Positions 39,170 through 51,179 of a DNA stretch of 64,000 nucleotides are shown piece after piece. Both the position numbers and the translations under genes were made by a program. Numbering within the stretch: position 1 is the first letter of the stretch; each line of letters opens with the position of its first letter. Source of the DNA: Eledone cirrhosa (lineage: Eukaryota); the NCBI GenBank assembly GCA_964016885.1, contig OZ024742.1, forward strand, positions 86,986,001-87,050,000, in the 5' to 3' direction. The notes below the pieces were generated by a model. That model was not told the origin of the DNA and ran no database searches. It was given only the letters and a program-made list of their open reading frames with translations.

Positions 39170-40795
39170 TAATGACATCAGGATGGGGTTTGGAATTGAC
39201 GAGTGTACAAAAACCACTTTCAAGAATGGGAAGCTTGTAAATTCAGACTCAGTTGAATTGGATGCTGAAACAATCATAAAGGAACTTGAGCATGAACAAA
39301 CCTATAAATACTTAGGGATTAATGAGGGCTCTGGCATACAACATGCAAGTATGAAAGAGATGATACCGAAAGAATGTTACAGGAGAGTACGTGCAGTTCT
39401 GAGATCAGAACTATACGCTCGTAACAAGGTACTCGCCATATATTACTTGGCAGTCCCAGTTGTCACTTATATCTTCTGTGTGTAGAACTGGAATATGAGT
39501 GAAATCAAAATAATCGACACCAAAGTCCGTAAGCTACTGACCTGTAATAGAATGGACCACCCAAAAGCAGATGTCGATCGTCTTTAACTTCCTAGAACTC
39601 AAGGAGTCCATGGCCTGATACAATTTCAACTTGCTTACAAGACCACCATAATTGGACTGGCCAAATACCTTGATACATCTAAGGATACTATGCTGAAAAT
39701 TGTTGAAAACATGAGAGAAGTAAGAAGCTTCATTCTATCTTGAAGGAGAACCAAAAATATGCTACTGATCTCATGCTTGATACTCAGGCTGGACAGACTA
39801 AAGAAAATGTTGCAACTGATGCTGCTAGGCCCATAAAATCACTGGCAAAAGCAAAAAGGGCAAGGACAATTAGCATGAAATTGGGAGCAGAAACCTCTGC
39901 ATGGCAAATTTGTAGACCGTAGCAAACAAGCTGATTTTGACCAAAAGCTCACCCATGAGCGGCTACGTAGTTCAGGGCTAAAGGCGGAGATTTAAGGCTT
40001 CATCTTAGCTGCCCAATATCAAAGCTTATTGACTCGTAATTACCAGGCCGATCTGATGAGAAACGGAATAAACCCAAAGTGCCGATTCGGCAATGCTGAG
40101 GTTGAATCAGTGGATCACTTAGTCTCTGGATGTAAAGTTTTAGCACCAGTAGAATGCAAATATAGACATGTCAGAGTTGGCCAATATCTACACTGGGTAA
40201 TATGTCGGCATTACAAAATCAAAGCTGAAGACAACTGGTACAATCATCACCCTGAGCCTGTAACTGAAGGATAAAAAGTAACAAGTCTCTGGGACTTTCC
40301 TGTACATACTGACATGACCATAAAAGCAAATATACCTGGCATCATTGTAAAATATCAACATAAAAAGGTATTTTTATTGATAGATGTGAGCATCCCTTGT
40401 GATCACAATATCGCGGCAAAAGAACTTGACATGCTACGAAAGTATAAAATCTGCTTATTTAAATTAAGAAAATGTGGCGCCTCAAAGCCGTTACAATACC
40501 AGTGATTGTGGGAAGACTGGAAATTATGAAGAAAGGAACAGAACAATATTTGCGAATGATTCCTGGTTTACCCTACACATATTGAGAAGAGCACTATCTC
40601 TGTAAGATTGATATACCTCCTTGTATTTACATATGCATATGCACATGTGTATATATGTATAGTTGCTTTTTTTTTTTATTATAATCAATGTGCTGTAGTA
40701 ACTGGCTTACCAATGCACACTGTGAATTTACTTGCCCTAGGTGTCAGGAAGATACTCGGCATATATCTCAGAAACAATAATGAAAGAGAATAAAA
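39170..40795 (+). mobile_element. R4/Dong family C, 5' truncated, degraded
   Basis: DIRMGFGIDEC, YKYLG, HPKADVDR, PKCRF...HLVSGC, RH, WDF, IDVSIP; distinct 3' UTR; TAA tracts on both sides. Confidence 0.88.
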
Positions 40796-40811
40796 ATAAT
40801 AATAATAATAA

Positions 40812-40930
40812 TGTTTTCTTTATTAACCACAAGGGTTCACATAAAGTAGACATTAAGGACAGTACAGGACAATACAGGACGGTACAAATGGGCATTTCTG
40901 CGTGTAAAAAAACAGAGGTTGAAATAAAAT
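40812..40930 (-). mobile_element. Tx1/L1-like LINE 3' tail only, inside a TAA tract
   Basis: Same as 31964-32070 plus one extra 10-nt unit (aatacaggac). Confidence 0.9.
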
Positions 40931-40934
40931 AACA

Positions 40935-40970
<36 letters not shown>

Positions 40971-40994
40971 AATAATTCAAGGAATAACAATAAC

Positions 40995-41033
<39 letters not shown>

Positions 41034-41034
<1 letters not shown>

Positions 41035-41613
41035 GACCCACTATAAGGGCTGGAGACACGATGTGATGGGCAGGGTGATCCACTGGCACCTGTGCAAAGT
41101 AAATAATTTACCACATTCTGAGAAATGGTATGAGCATAGGCCGGAGGCGGTGATGGAGAACAATCAGGTGAAGGTGCTGTGGGATTTTAGGATACAGACG
41201 GACAAAAAACTGGAACACAATAGACCTGACCTGGTGGTTGTGGACAAAGAAAAAAGATCGTGTCTGATTGTGGATGTGGCCTGCCCGTTCGACACGAGTG
41301 TGCAAGAGAAGGAGAGGGAGAAAATTAACCGATACCAGGACCTAAAGTGGGAGGTGAAAGGGATTTGGAACTGCCATGAAGTCAAAGTGATCCCGATTGT
41401 CATAGGCGCACTGGGCACTATCTCCAAAAGTTTCCAGGGATGGTTAAAGAAAATCGGCCCCTTCACGCTTTTTGGAACGCTTCAAAAGGCATGCTTACTT
41501 GGAACAGCAAGAAACCTCCGATACGTCCTGAATATCTGAGGCTGCAGGTAGTGGCTTGATATTCATTCCAACGGACTTTCCAGTTAACCAACACCAATGA
41601 CTGAGATTCAAGG
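41034..41613 (+). mobile_element. R4/Dong family A copy 3 (RLE + 3' UTR)
   Basis: Near-identical to 31325-31905; TAA on both sides. Confidence 0.94.
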
Positions 41614-41622
41614 AATAACAAC

Positions 41623-41667
<45 letters not shown>

Positions 41668-41671
<4 letters not shown>

Positions 41672-42075
41672 CTGGAACACAATAGACCTGACCTGGTGGT
41701 TGTGGACAAAGAAAAAAGATCGTGTCTGATTGTGGATGTGGCCTGCCCTTTCGACACGAGAGTGCAAGAGAAGGAGAGGGAGAAAATTAACCGACACCAG
41801 GACCTAAAGTGGGAGGTGAAAAGGATTTGGAACTGCCATGAAGTCAAAGTGATCCCGATTGTCATAGGCGCACTGGGGACTATCTCCAAAAGTTTCCAGG
41901 GATGGTTAAAGAAAATCGGCCCCTTCACGCTTTTTGAAACGCTTCAAAAGGCATGCTTGCTGGGAACAGCAAGAACCCTCCGATACGTCCTGAATATCTG
42001 AGGCTGCAGGTAGTGGCTTGATATTCATTCCAACGGACTTTCCAGTTAACCAACATCCATGACTGAGATTCAAGG
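41668..42075 (+). mobile_element. R4/Dong family A copy 4 (RLE end + 3' UTR)
   Basis: Near-identical to 31497-31905; TAA on both sides. Confidence 0.94.
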
Positions 42076-42101
42076 AATAACAACAATAATAATAATAATA
42101 A

Positions 42102-42687
42102 TAAGCATTTTGACCTGCCCCATCTAAAGAATTGGTGGGAGCATCAACCACCTCCCATACTTGAAAAAGATCACATCTCAATCTTGTGGAACTTTAGCAT
42201 CCAAACAGACCGAAAAATAGATGCAAATAGACCTGATATAATATTGAAGGACTTTCAAAAGAGGGTATGCCTGCTAATTGATATGTCTGTTCCAATAGAC
42301 AAGAATGTATCTATAAAAACATTTGAAAAATTGAGCAAGTATAATGACCTGGAGATAGAAATTGGAAAAATGTGGAAATTGAGAACTAAAACAATACCAG
42401 TGGTTGTAGGCGCTCTGGAAATGATACCTAAGGGGTCTAATGATTACTTTTCGCAAATCCAAGGAAACCCGCGTATAGGAGAAATACAAAAGATAGTACT
42501 AATGGGAACTGACCATATACTAAGGAAGATTCTGTCAATATAAGTACATCACGAGTCTAAACACTAAAGATGCATGTGTGAGTATGTATGTTCTTTCTTG
42601 AACATGGCGGACCTTATTGTCTCTTGAGGTCACTGGTTGTGACTTGGTGATAACTCGTATGAACATAAAGCAAGATAAATGCAACTG
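42102..42687 (+). mobile_element. R4/Dong family B copy 3 (RLE + 3' UTR)
   Basis: Near-identical to 37709-38293; TAA on both sides. Confidence 0.93.
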
Positions 42688-43539
42688 TAATAATAATAAT
42701 ATTAATATGGGACGGGGTTCTTTTTACACGGGTGATAACTGATCCATTATGTGTTTTTGAATGTAGACATTGTGTGTGTTTTTTTTGGTTCCTTTATGTG
42801 TTTTATATGTCATTGCCTATTGGTAATTCTGTGAAGCTACCTCCTCAAGGATGATTATCAAACATGATTAGCGAGTAAATGAAGTTATAACATCCCCTCC
42901 AGTTTTACAGAACTTTACAAATGTTGCTTTTCTTAAAGTTCGTTCAGGACCTCTTCCCCGTCTTAGCCAAGGAGTCGAACATGCTCTCAATATAGTGATA
43001 ACATCTGAAGTCAGAATAGGCTACGAAAATAGACACAAATTCAAATTGAATGTACAGAAATCAAAACAAACTTTTTCTCACTTTAACAGGAAAAGACAAT
43101 AGTTATTTAATTAAATACTAAATACTATTAATGCTCAATTGATGGTGTTCAGTGTTCATGTATTTCGTTTGTCGTTTGTGCATATATGTTTTATCGCATG
43201 TCATAATAACCATTAAGAATTTACATTATTTATACGTATAATATAGGCTTTGCTTATAAAAATATATTAATGCAAACTGTATGAATAAATAGATTCCAAT
43301 AACTGGGTTTTTTTGCATATAATTTATAAAAAAATTATAGGTAATATTTAACCAAGTTAATAGCATTAAAACATGTTTACGGTTCCTTAAATTTTCAGTA
43401 ATCAAAACGCAGAATTAACACGGGTATGTGAGGCATAGGGGTGATCGCATATTTTCTTTTTAATGTGTTTATTCATTTATCACGCCAAAAAGAACACCAA
43501 GTAAAATGTGGAATCAGAAAATAATATTTCGACTCCCCT

Positions 43540-43778
<239 letters not shown>

Positions 43779-43819
43779 TATTATAGTAACAACAAATATG
43801 TATGTGCATTTGTGCAGAG

Positions 43820-44165
43820 ATTTTGTTAAAACGTTTCTCAATTTGTAATTTTAAATGTTATATTTTCTGTCATACAGAGATGGTGATGGAAGGCTTAGAA
43901 CAGTTCATCAATAATGAACATTCATGGTTATTCTATTAATTCCAGATCCATATATAAGTATGCCATAAAAAGAAAAACATATTTTTTCCTAATGCATTTA
44001 TTTAGAAAAGAAAAAAAGTGTATTTCTTTTTCTTAGATGGATCTGCAAGTAACGGATCAACCATGGATGTTCATTACTGATGACCGGTTCTCAGACATTC
44101 AACTCCGTTTCTATATGACAGAACCTATAACATTTTAAATTAGAAATTGAGAAACTTTTTAACGA
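43820..44165. repeat. Old diverged inverted repeat with CTGATGA
   Basis: ttctcaattt...tgtcata...tcatcaataatgaacattcatggtt...cagatccat versus atggatctg...aaccatggatgttcattactgatga...tatgaca...aaattgagaa. Confidence 0.7.
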
Positions 44166-45042
44166 TCATTCCCATGTAATTTCTTGAATTTGAAAACAAT
44201 TATCATAATTATAGTTCGCATTAAATGTTTTACACGATTCGTATGTACATATTCTATGTTAGATTTTAGTACTGATGTTCACTTTTAGGATACTTGGATA
44301 CAATTATTTGCTTCGGAATATATGCTTTTCTTTCCAGAATTTATCGCAATAACTCATTCAGAATAATATATATCACTAAATATATATTTCACAGTAAGCT
44401 TCTGGTATAAAAAAAACAAAAAAACAGTTATTTTAATTTATCGTGATATGCTCTGAATAAAAACACCATACCATATACTGCAATTACTAATTATATCTAC
44501 GTTTCAGTACTTTAAACTTATGCGTATTGGCATTTGAAAGTATATATTTGCTTCGATGGACATTCTGTCTCTAAAAACTATTGCTACAGAAACCTTTTAG
44601 CTAATAAATTAGAATGTATTCGATGTGTATGTATTCACAATAGAAAATTGGAATAATTTCGTAATTCCAGTAACAACAAATATAAAAAGGATAACAAATG
44701 AAATAGATTAAAATTGATGGTGATTTAGGCAACTAATTCAAATAGTGTTTATTAAAAATATAAACAAAAACCGTACCGGCACTTTTAATTCTGATTTGAT
44801 ATTTTTAATCACTATCAATAAATACTAAGTAAGACTAAACCTCATTAAAAGTAATACATAATACGAAACGTTTCAGTAGCTGTTAGACACATATATTATC
44901 GATACATGTTTCGATTTCGAATATAAATAATCTAATATGTCTAGTAGCTGTCATAACACTATTCTTATCAATGTTTAATCGACTGTCTCCGTTTATTAAA
45001 ACCTTTTGCGGCTCGTCAGGTTACATTATCTCAACATATCTG

Positions 45043-45152
45043 AGTTCAAATCCCGCGGAGGTTGACTTTGCCTTTCATCCTTACGGGGTCGATAAAATAA
45101 AGTACCAGTAATGCACTGGGTAATTGCTGGCCTTGTGCCTAAAGTAGAAACA
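45043..45152 (+). mobile_element. 5'-truncated SINE with 18-bp TSD
   Basis: TSD attatctcaacatatctg at 45025-45042 and 45153-45170. Confidence 0.92.
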
Positions 45153-45668
45153 ATTATCTCAACATATCTGCTTCCTCATATTATTACGAAATACATCGTT
45201 TCAATCTGTAGTATGAATACATAAGTTGCAGCAATGGTAGATGCGAGTTCACAAAAGATTGTCATTGACTCAAAGATATAATCAGAACGATCTAAACCTA
45301 ATTAGCTCATACACTAGGAAACATGTAAGGGAAGCTGAATGTAGTATACAATTTCATATCCATTATATATAAATACGGAGTTGATATAGATTATAAGAAA
45401 TATTAATTGATAACTAATTAATAATTTGTATTAAAAATGCTGGATTATATCATATTATAAAAATATAAAATATCATTTATTATAAATAAGTAAAGCTGTT
45501 TAATTTCATTTAGTATAATTAATGAAGAAGTTGCAAATAATTATACATACGTAAACACACAGAGACTCAACGACTCAACACGCGCATATGTATTATATAT
45601 ATAAATATTATATATATATATATATATGTATAAAGAAGATATTAAAAGATGGTTAAAAAAGTTCCATA

Positions 45669-45735
45669 CATTGTATTATGCGCATTTCGACAACATCATC
45701 CTGGGACAACAATTGTGTCCTCATCAGATAAAATA
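45669..45735 (-). ncRNA. Hammerhead ribozyme in a short TA-adjacent insert (45635-45820), related to 11925-11995
   Basis: Minus: tattttat-CTGATGA-ggacac...tgtc-GAAA-t-gcgc-ATA-atacaat; the insert ends in hairpin ttgtgaacaagaaagtgt/acactttcttgttcacaa. Confidence 0.78.
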
Positions 45736-45824
45736 AGGTAACATGATATGATGCCTAAAACAATTTGTGAACAAGAAAGTGTGCAATCTACACTTTCTTG
45801 TTCACAAGTGTTTTCATATTACGG

Positions 45825-47520
45825 TTTCCATATTACGGACAGGGATGTGATAGGTCTATAGTTGGTCACATCATTATAATTGATTCGGTCTTTCATTACC
45901 AGAACTGGTACCTTTTGTCAACTACTCTGGTAACTCACCCGACATTAAGCAGTCACTGAACATGGTTGTCAGTTTCGGGGGGAGGGATGTTATATTTTTA
46001 ATCCAATACCCTTGCACACCATCTGGGCCTAGTTTTTTCCAGTTGGTTAGTTTTTAGCTTGCCCTTTAAGAGTTTCAACTGTCATACTCAAATCAGTTTG
46101 TTGTTGTGCTTGTTCCCTAATCTCCTTTTGTACTGTCTCAATCCACCTTGCCTGATAATTATGTTCAACATCCTGCTTCCATATTCCTCTCCAGAATGTC
46201 TTAGCCTGTTCCACCTCAGGGATCAAATCGTTGCCGCTTTCTTTCCCTTCAAGCTGTCCAAACAACATCTTCTGGTTGTTGTCAAACATGCGTCTCTCTG
46301 TCTATACTGACTGACTCTGCTCTCATACCGCCTAATCTCTGCCCTGGTTGCTACAATGCGTTGCTTCAGTAACTCTATGATCATATTTAGCTTTTCCTCC
46401 TAGTTTTGTACTTTATGTCCAGTCTATTTTTAGTGTATATGTTTTGTAATGTCCCATTCAGTAGGGACTCAAGTTTTCCAATGTCATATCTCATTTCCTT
46501 GATTTGACCATTCAGTCGTTTCTTTCACCAAGCTTCTGATCTTTCTTGTTTGTTGTTTCTTCTCGTTTTTATGCCAAGTAATTTCCTCACCGCATTTGCT
46601 GTTGCTTTGAGGATATTGTTGCATTGGTGAAGGTTCCATGCGTCAAGGTATGGCATGACTTTGTTTACCTTAGCTGTTGTTTCTTTTAACTTTTTCCTGT
46701 CTACAAATCTTAGGTTCATAGGTTTCCCACTATCATTGTTCATTTCATGTAACACTAAGTTCAAGATATCAACCAGATCTTTTCCTAGCCCGTGAGCATT
46801 CAATTCCTCAATGGCCGTAGCTTTGTTCCAGATGTTATTTATTTTAGTATTCTGATCATTCGGATGCTTCCGCCGTTCTCTAAACCTCGTCACCCTCATT
46901 TCCCACTGGCTCGTTTGCCTGACATACTCCACTCTCCATATCCATATCCAACCCAATCCCTCTGCTCAGTTTCTCCAGTTCCAACTCGCTTATCGATCTA
47001 TTAGTTCTTATTACCCGAGCCTGCCAGGCCAATTTTTCTTCATCTAATTTAAATAGACCAATCTCGTTCCAGATGATATGCATCCGTTTCCTATAGCCTT
47101 TTTCCTTGGGGTTACTCATCAGGTAACATTCCAAGACAGTACTAATCAATTCTTTCGTCCAGTTGGTTCTTGTCCCTTTCCTTCTTCCTCTTCCTCCAAC
47201 ACCAGCAGTATTTTGATGTCAGCCAGCTCCCTGCTGCTGGGAAGGGAGCACTTGCTGGGTTAGGGTCTATCACATGACGTTTCAGTCTCCTCTTCACAGT
47301 TATTTAAACTGTTTAGGTTCGACATTTAAACACGCATAGCGAGGATTGGTGTATGCATGGCTACATATCCACCGGTGATTTCATCACCTCCCGGTGATTT
47401 TAGCGTGACTCCATCACGCTGTAGACGAACATAAATAAATAAACAAATAAATAGATAAAAACTTTTAAAAATAAACATAAGTTTCATTGTAATGTTTGAA
47501 TGTCTGACTTTTTTGTTTGT
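45825..47520 (-). mobile_element. Degraded R4/Dong family A-related copy, 5' part only
   Basis: Homologous to about 28200-29905 (MNLRFVDRKKLKETTAKVNK, MFDNNQKMLFGQLEG); no RT core or RLE. Confidence 0.9.
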
Positions 47521-47727
47521 TTTTTTTTGCCGTTACGTTTTTCGTTTTTCAAGGTCCGTAACATCGGTTACTAGTTTAGTTGTCACTGATGTTGCTGTTT
47601 TTTATTTTAGCTACGAGGGAAGTAGGGGCTGTTGCGTTCAACACTTTTGAAATTTGTTTTTGTTGTTGCATTTGTTTTTGTCTGTGCCATTTTCTATATT
47701 TTTTTCGACTTGTTGCTTATCATTATT

Positions 47728-48230
47728 ATGCTTCTAGCATAGTTACGTCCCCTTACAGTCTGAGTTCAAATCCCGCTGAGATTAACTTTGCCTTTCATCC
47801 TTACGGGGTCGATAAAATAAAGTACCAGTAATGTACTGAGTAATTGCTGGCCTTGTGCCTTGTGCCTAACGTAGAAACAATTATTATTGGTGGAGTGGCA
47901 GTATCGGTAGAGGTTCGGACGCCATGCTTACCAGCATAATTACTCCCTTTACAATCTGAGTTCAAATCCCGCCGTGCTTGACTTTGCCTTTCATCCTTAC
48001 GGGGACGATAAAATAAAGTACCAGTAATGTACTGGTGAATTGCTGGCCGTGTGCCTAAAGTAGAAACAATTATTATGCTTTCGAGCATAGTTACGTCGCT
48101 TTACAATCTGAGTTCAAATCCCGCCGAGATAAACTTTGCCTTTCATCCTTACGGGGACGATAAAATAAAGTATCAGTAATGTACTGGGTAATTGCTGGTC
48201 TTGTGTCTAAAGTAGAAACAATTATTATTA
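47728..48230 (+). mobile_element. Three tandem SINE copies separated by short TTA runs
   Basis: Copies at about 47728-47882, 47889-48071 and 48075-48228, each ending gtagaaacaattatta. Confidence 0.93.
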
Positions 48231-48439
48231 TATTATAGTTTAGATTTGACATCCTTTAATCTAAACTTTTTGAGAGAGTTTAGAGATGATGGTGTTGTTG
48301 TTAGCTGTTTGACCGGGTCACTAACCCAGTCTATTTATATCTGTTTATGCCTTCCTCGCTTCTAGTCATGTGTAGTGGCACTACTACCATCCCTCTCTTA
48401 ACAGGAGGTTGTGAGGGAACAGTAGTGGTTGCATGACAC

Positions 48440-50774
48440 CTTCCCCTTAAGAGTTTCAACTGTGATACTCAAGTCAGTTTGTTGGTGTGCCTGTTCACTG
48501 ATCTCCTTCTGTACTGTCTCAATCCACACTGCCTGGTCATTATGTTTAACATCCTGCTCCCATATTCCTCTGCAGAATGTTTTAGTTTGTTCCGCCTCAG
48601 GGATCAAGTCGTTCTCTCTATCTTTCCCCTCAAGCTGTCCAAACGGCATATTCTGGTTCTTGTCTATACTGACTGACTCTGCTCTCGTATCGCCTAATTG
48701 TTGCACTCTTTGCTACAATGCGTTGCTTCAGTTCCTCTATGCTATTATTTTTTTTCCTCCTAGTTTTGTACTTTATTTCCACTCTATTTTTAGTGTCTAT
48801 GTTTTTTAGTGTCCCATTCAGTAGTGACTCAAGCTTTCCATTGTCAGTTCTCATTTCCCTAGGCTCTGATCTTTCTTGTTTGCTGTTTCCTCTCGCTTTT
48901 ATACCAAGTAATTTCCTCACCGCATTTGCTGTTGCTTTGAGGATATTGTTGCACTGGTGAAGGCTCCTCGCCTCAAGGTATGGGATGACTTTGTTTACCG
49001 TAGCTGTTGTTTTTTTAACTTTTTCCTGTCTACAAATCTTAGGTTCATAGGTTTCCCACTATCATTGTTCAATTCATCTACCACTAAGTTTAGAATATCA
49101 ACCAAATCTTTTCCTAGCCAGTCAGCATTCATCTCCTCAATAGCCGTATCTTTGTTCCAGGTATTATTTATTTCAGCATTCAGATCAATGTCTTGATTGG
49201 AGGGTTCCTCCGTTCTCTCACCCTCTTCACCTTCATTTCTCACTGGTTCGTTTGCCTGGCATACTCCACTCCCCATTTCCAAGCTATCTCTCTGCTCAGT
49301 TCCTCCAGTTCCAGCTCGCTTATCCACCTATTAATTCTTATTACCCGAGCCACATTTTGTTAATCTAATTTAATCTTATTACCCGGCCAATTTTTGTTCA
49401 TCTAATTTAAATAGACCAATCTCGTCCCAGATGTTATGCATCCGTTTCCTATAGCCTTTCTCCTTGGGGTTACTCTTCAGGTAACATTGCATAAAAGTTC
49501 TATTCAATTTTTTCGTCCAGTTGGTTCTGGTCCCTTTCCTTCTTCTTCCTCCAACACCAGCAGTATTTGGTTGAAAGCCAGGTCCCTGCTGCTGAGGCAT
49601 GGAGCACCTGCTGGGTGAGAGTCTGTCACATGACATTCTAGTCTCCACTTCACCGTTATTCGAACTGTTTAGGTTCGACATTTAAACACTCTTATTGAGG
49701 ATTGGTGAATGTATGGTTACATAACCACCGGTGATTTCATCACTCCCGGTGAATTTTGTGTGGCACTATCACGCTGTAGACGAACATAAATAAATAAACA
49801 AATAAATAGATAAAAACTTTAAAAAATAAACATAAGTTTCATTGTAATGGAGGTAGTGGGAGAGAATAGCGGCGGCAGCGATAATGAGCAGAGTTTTTAG
49901 CGTCGTAGTGGTGGTGGTGTTGGTGATGAAATTATCTTCTCTGTCCACTTAGCTATTTAGCTATTTAGATAACTATTTAGTCATTTTGCCATTTCCTCCT
50001 TCTCGACTCTAACATTCCTGATCCAAAATTTAATTTTAATATTTTTTATTAATATTGTCTAGTGATACCACCACCTTCCCCTTTCGTACGTTAACAGAAG
50101 GTAATGGGGGAATAGCGGTGGTTGCCATGAATTAGTGGTGGCGGCGGTGATGGGATAGTGGTAACAATGATGGATGGGGTGGTGGCGGCGGTGAATGTAG
50201 TGATGGCGTTGTCGTTACTGACTTTTGTTGAATAGACTGTAGTTTGTTTTTTTGATCGCTGAATCTATGCGGTTAGTCGCGTATGTTTAATATATGTGCT
50301 GACATATTTTCTTAATATTGGATTTAAACATTTTGTGAAAACTTGAGACAATAATAATAGTAATTATTATTATTATGCTGGGATTGATGGTGGTGGTGGT
50401 GAAATTGCCGTTATCTGGCTGTTGTATTTAGTGTCCACAGAGGGGGATGATGGGATAGGTGGTGTATCTAGTTTGTGTTGTTGGAGAAATTGCTGTTATT
50501 TGGCTGTTCTATATAGTGTAGACAGAAGGGTTTTTCTTCCATTTATAACCATTTTCTTTTTTGTATATAAACATGTATAATACAAAATTAAATATTTGAG
50601 CGGTATAACGGAATATTATGGATGGATCCGAATTTTGCTGATGGTTGAGTCCGGTGCTTTATGTATCATTTGTACTAAGAATTGCTATTTCACAATTGAT
50701 TTAAATATGTTAAAAATCAAAAACATGCGGGAGCGATTTCATGACCTTCTATCGACCACGTGCGTCTTCTTCCC
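48440..50774 (-). mobile_element. Degraded R4/Dong family A-related copy with complete 5' UTR, 3' part missing
   Basis: Begins (minus) GGGAAGAAGACGCACG at 50774 next to a TTA tract; homologous to 27371-29670. Confidence 0.9.
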
Positions 50775-50795
50775 TTATCATTATTATTATTCTTC

Positions 50796-50851
<56 letters not shown>
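50775..50851 (+). repeat. (TTA)n tract between head-to-head Dong and Tx1-like elements
   Basis: Directly visible. Confidence 0.95.
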
Positions 50852-51179
50852 GAATGCTATGGTTGACGGAGGCTCGGCTCTGTAAGGTATTGTAAATTTT
50901 GAACGCTATAACAATTGTAAATTGTTTAAAACTTTTATCAACTTGTAGACAAAAACACCCTCCTCCTCGTGAGAGGGGTCTTTCTGCCCGTTATTTGGCC
51001 CTTCGGGGTTATATAACTGCGTATTGGGCTTCTGTGCCCAATATTTATTTTAAACAAAAAAAAAACAACATGGCTACGAAAAAGAATTTTCATAGGTCAC
51101 TCCCACTCATTCCGGCTTCTTCTTCCTCAATCGTCACTACAGCAGAGTGAAGATTTTCTCTCTCTCTCCCTTCTTTAAA

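Noticed and set aside
27309-42700. Repeat-spacer pattern resembling a CRISPR array
   Set aside because: The repeats are variable-length TAA microsatellites and the spacers are retrotransposon pieces; eukaryotic context, no cas genes.
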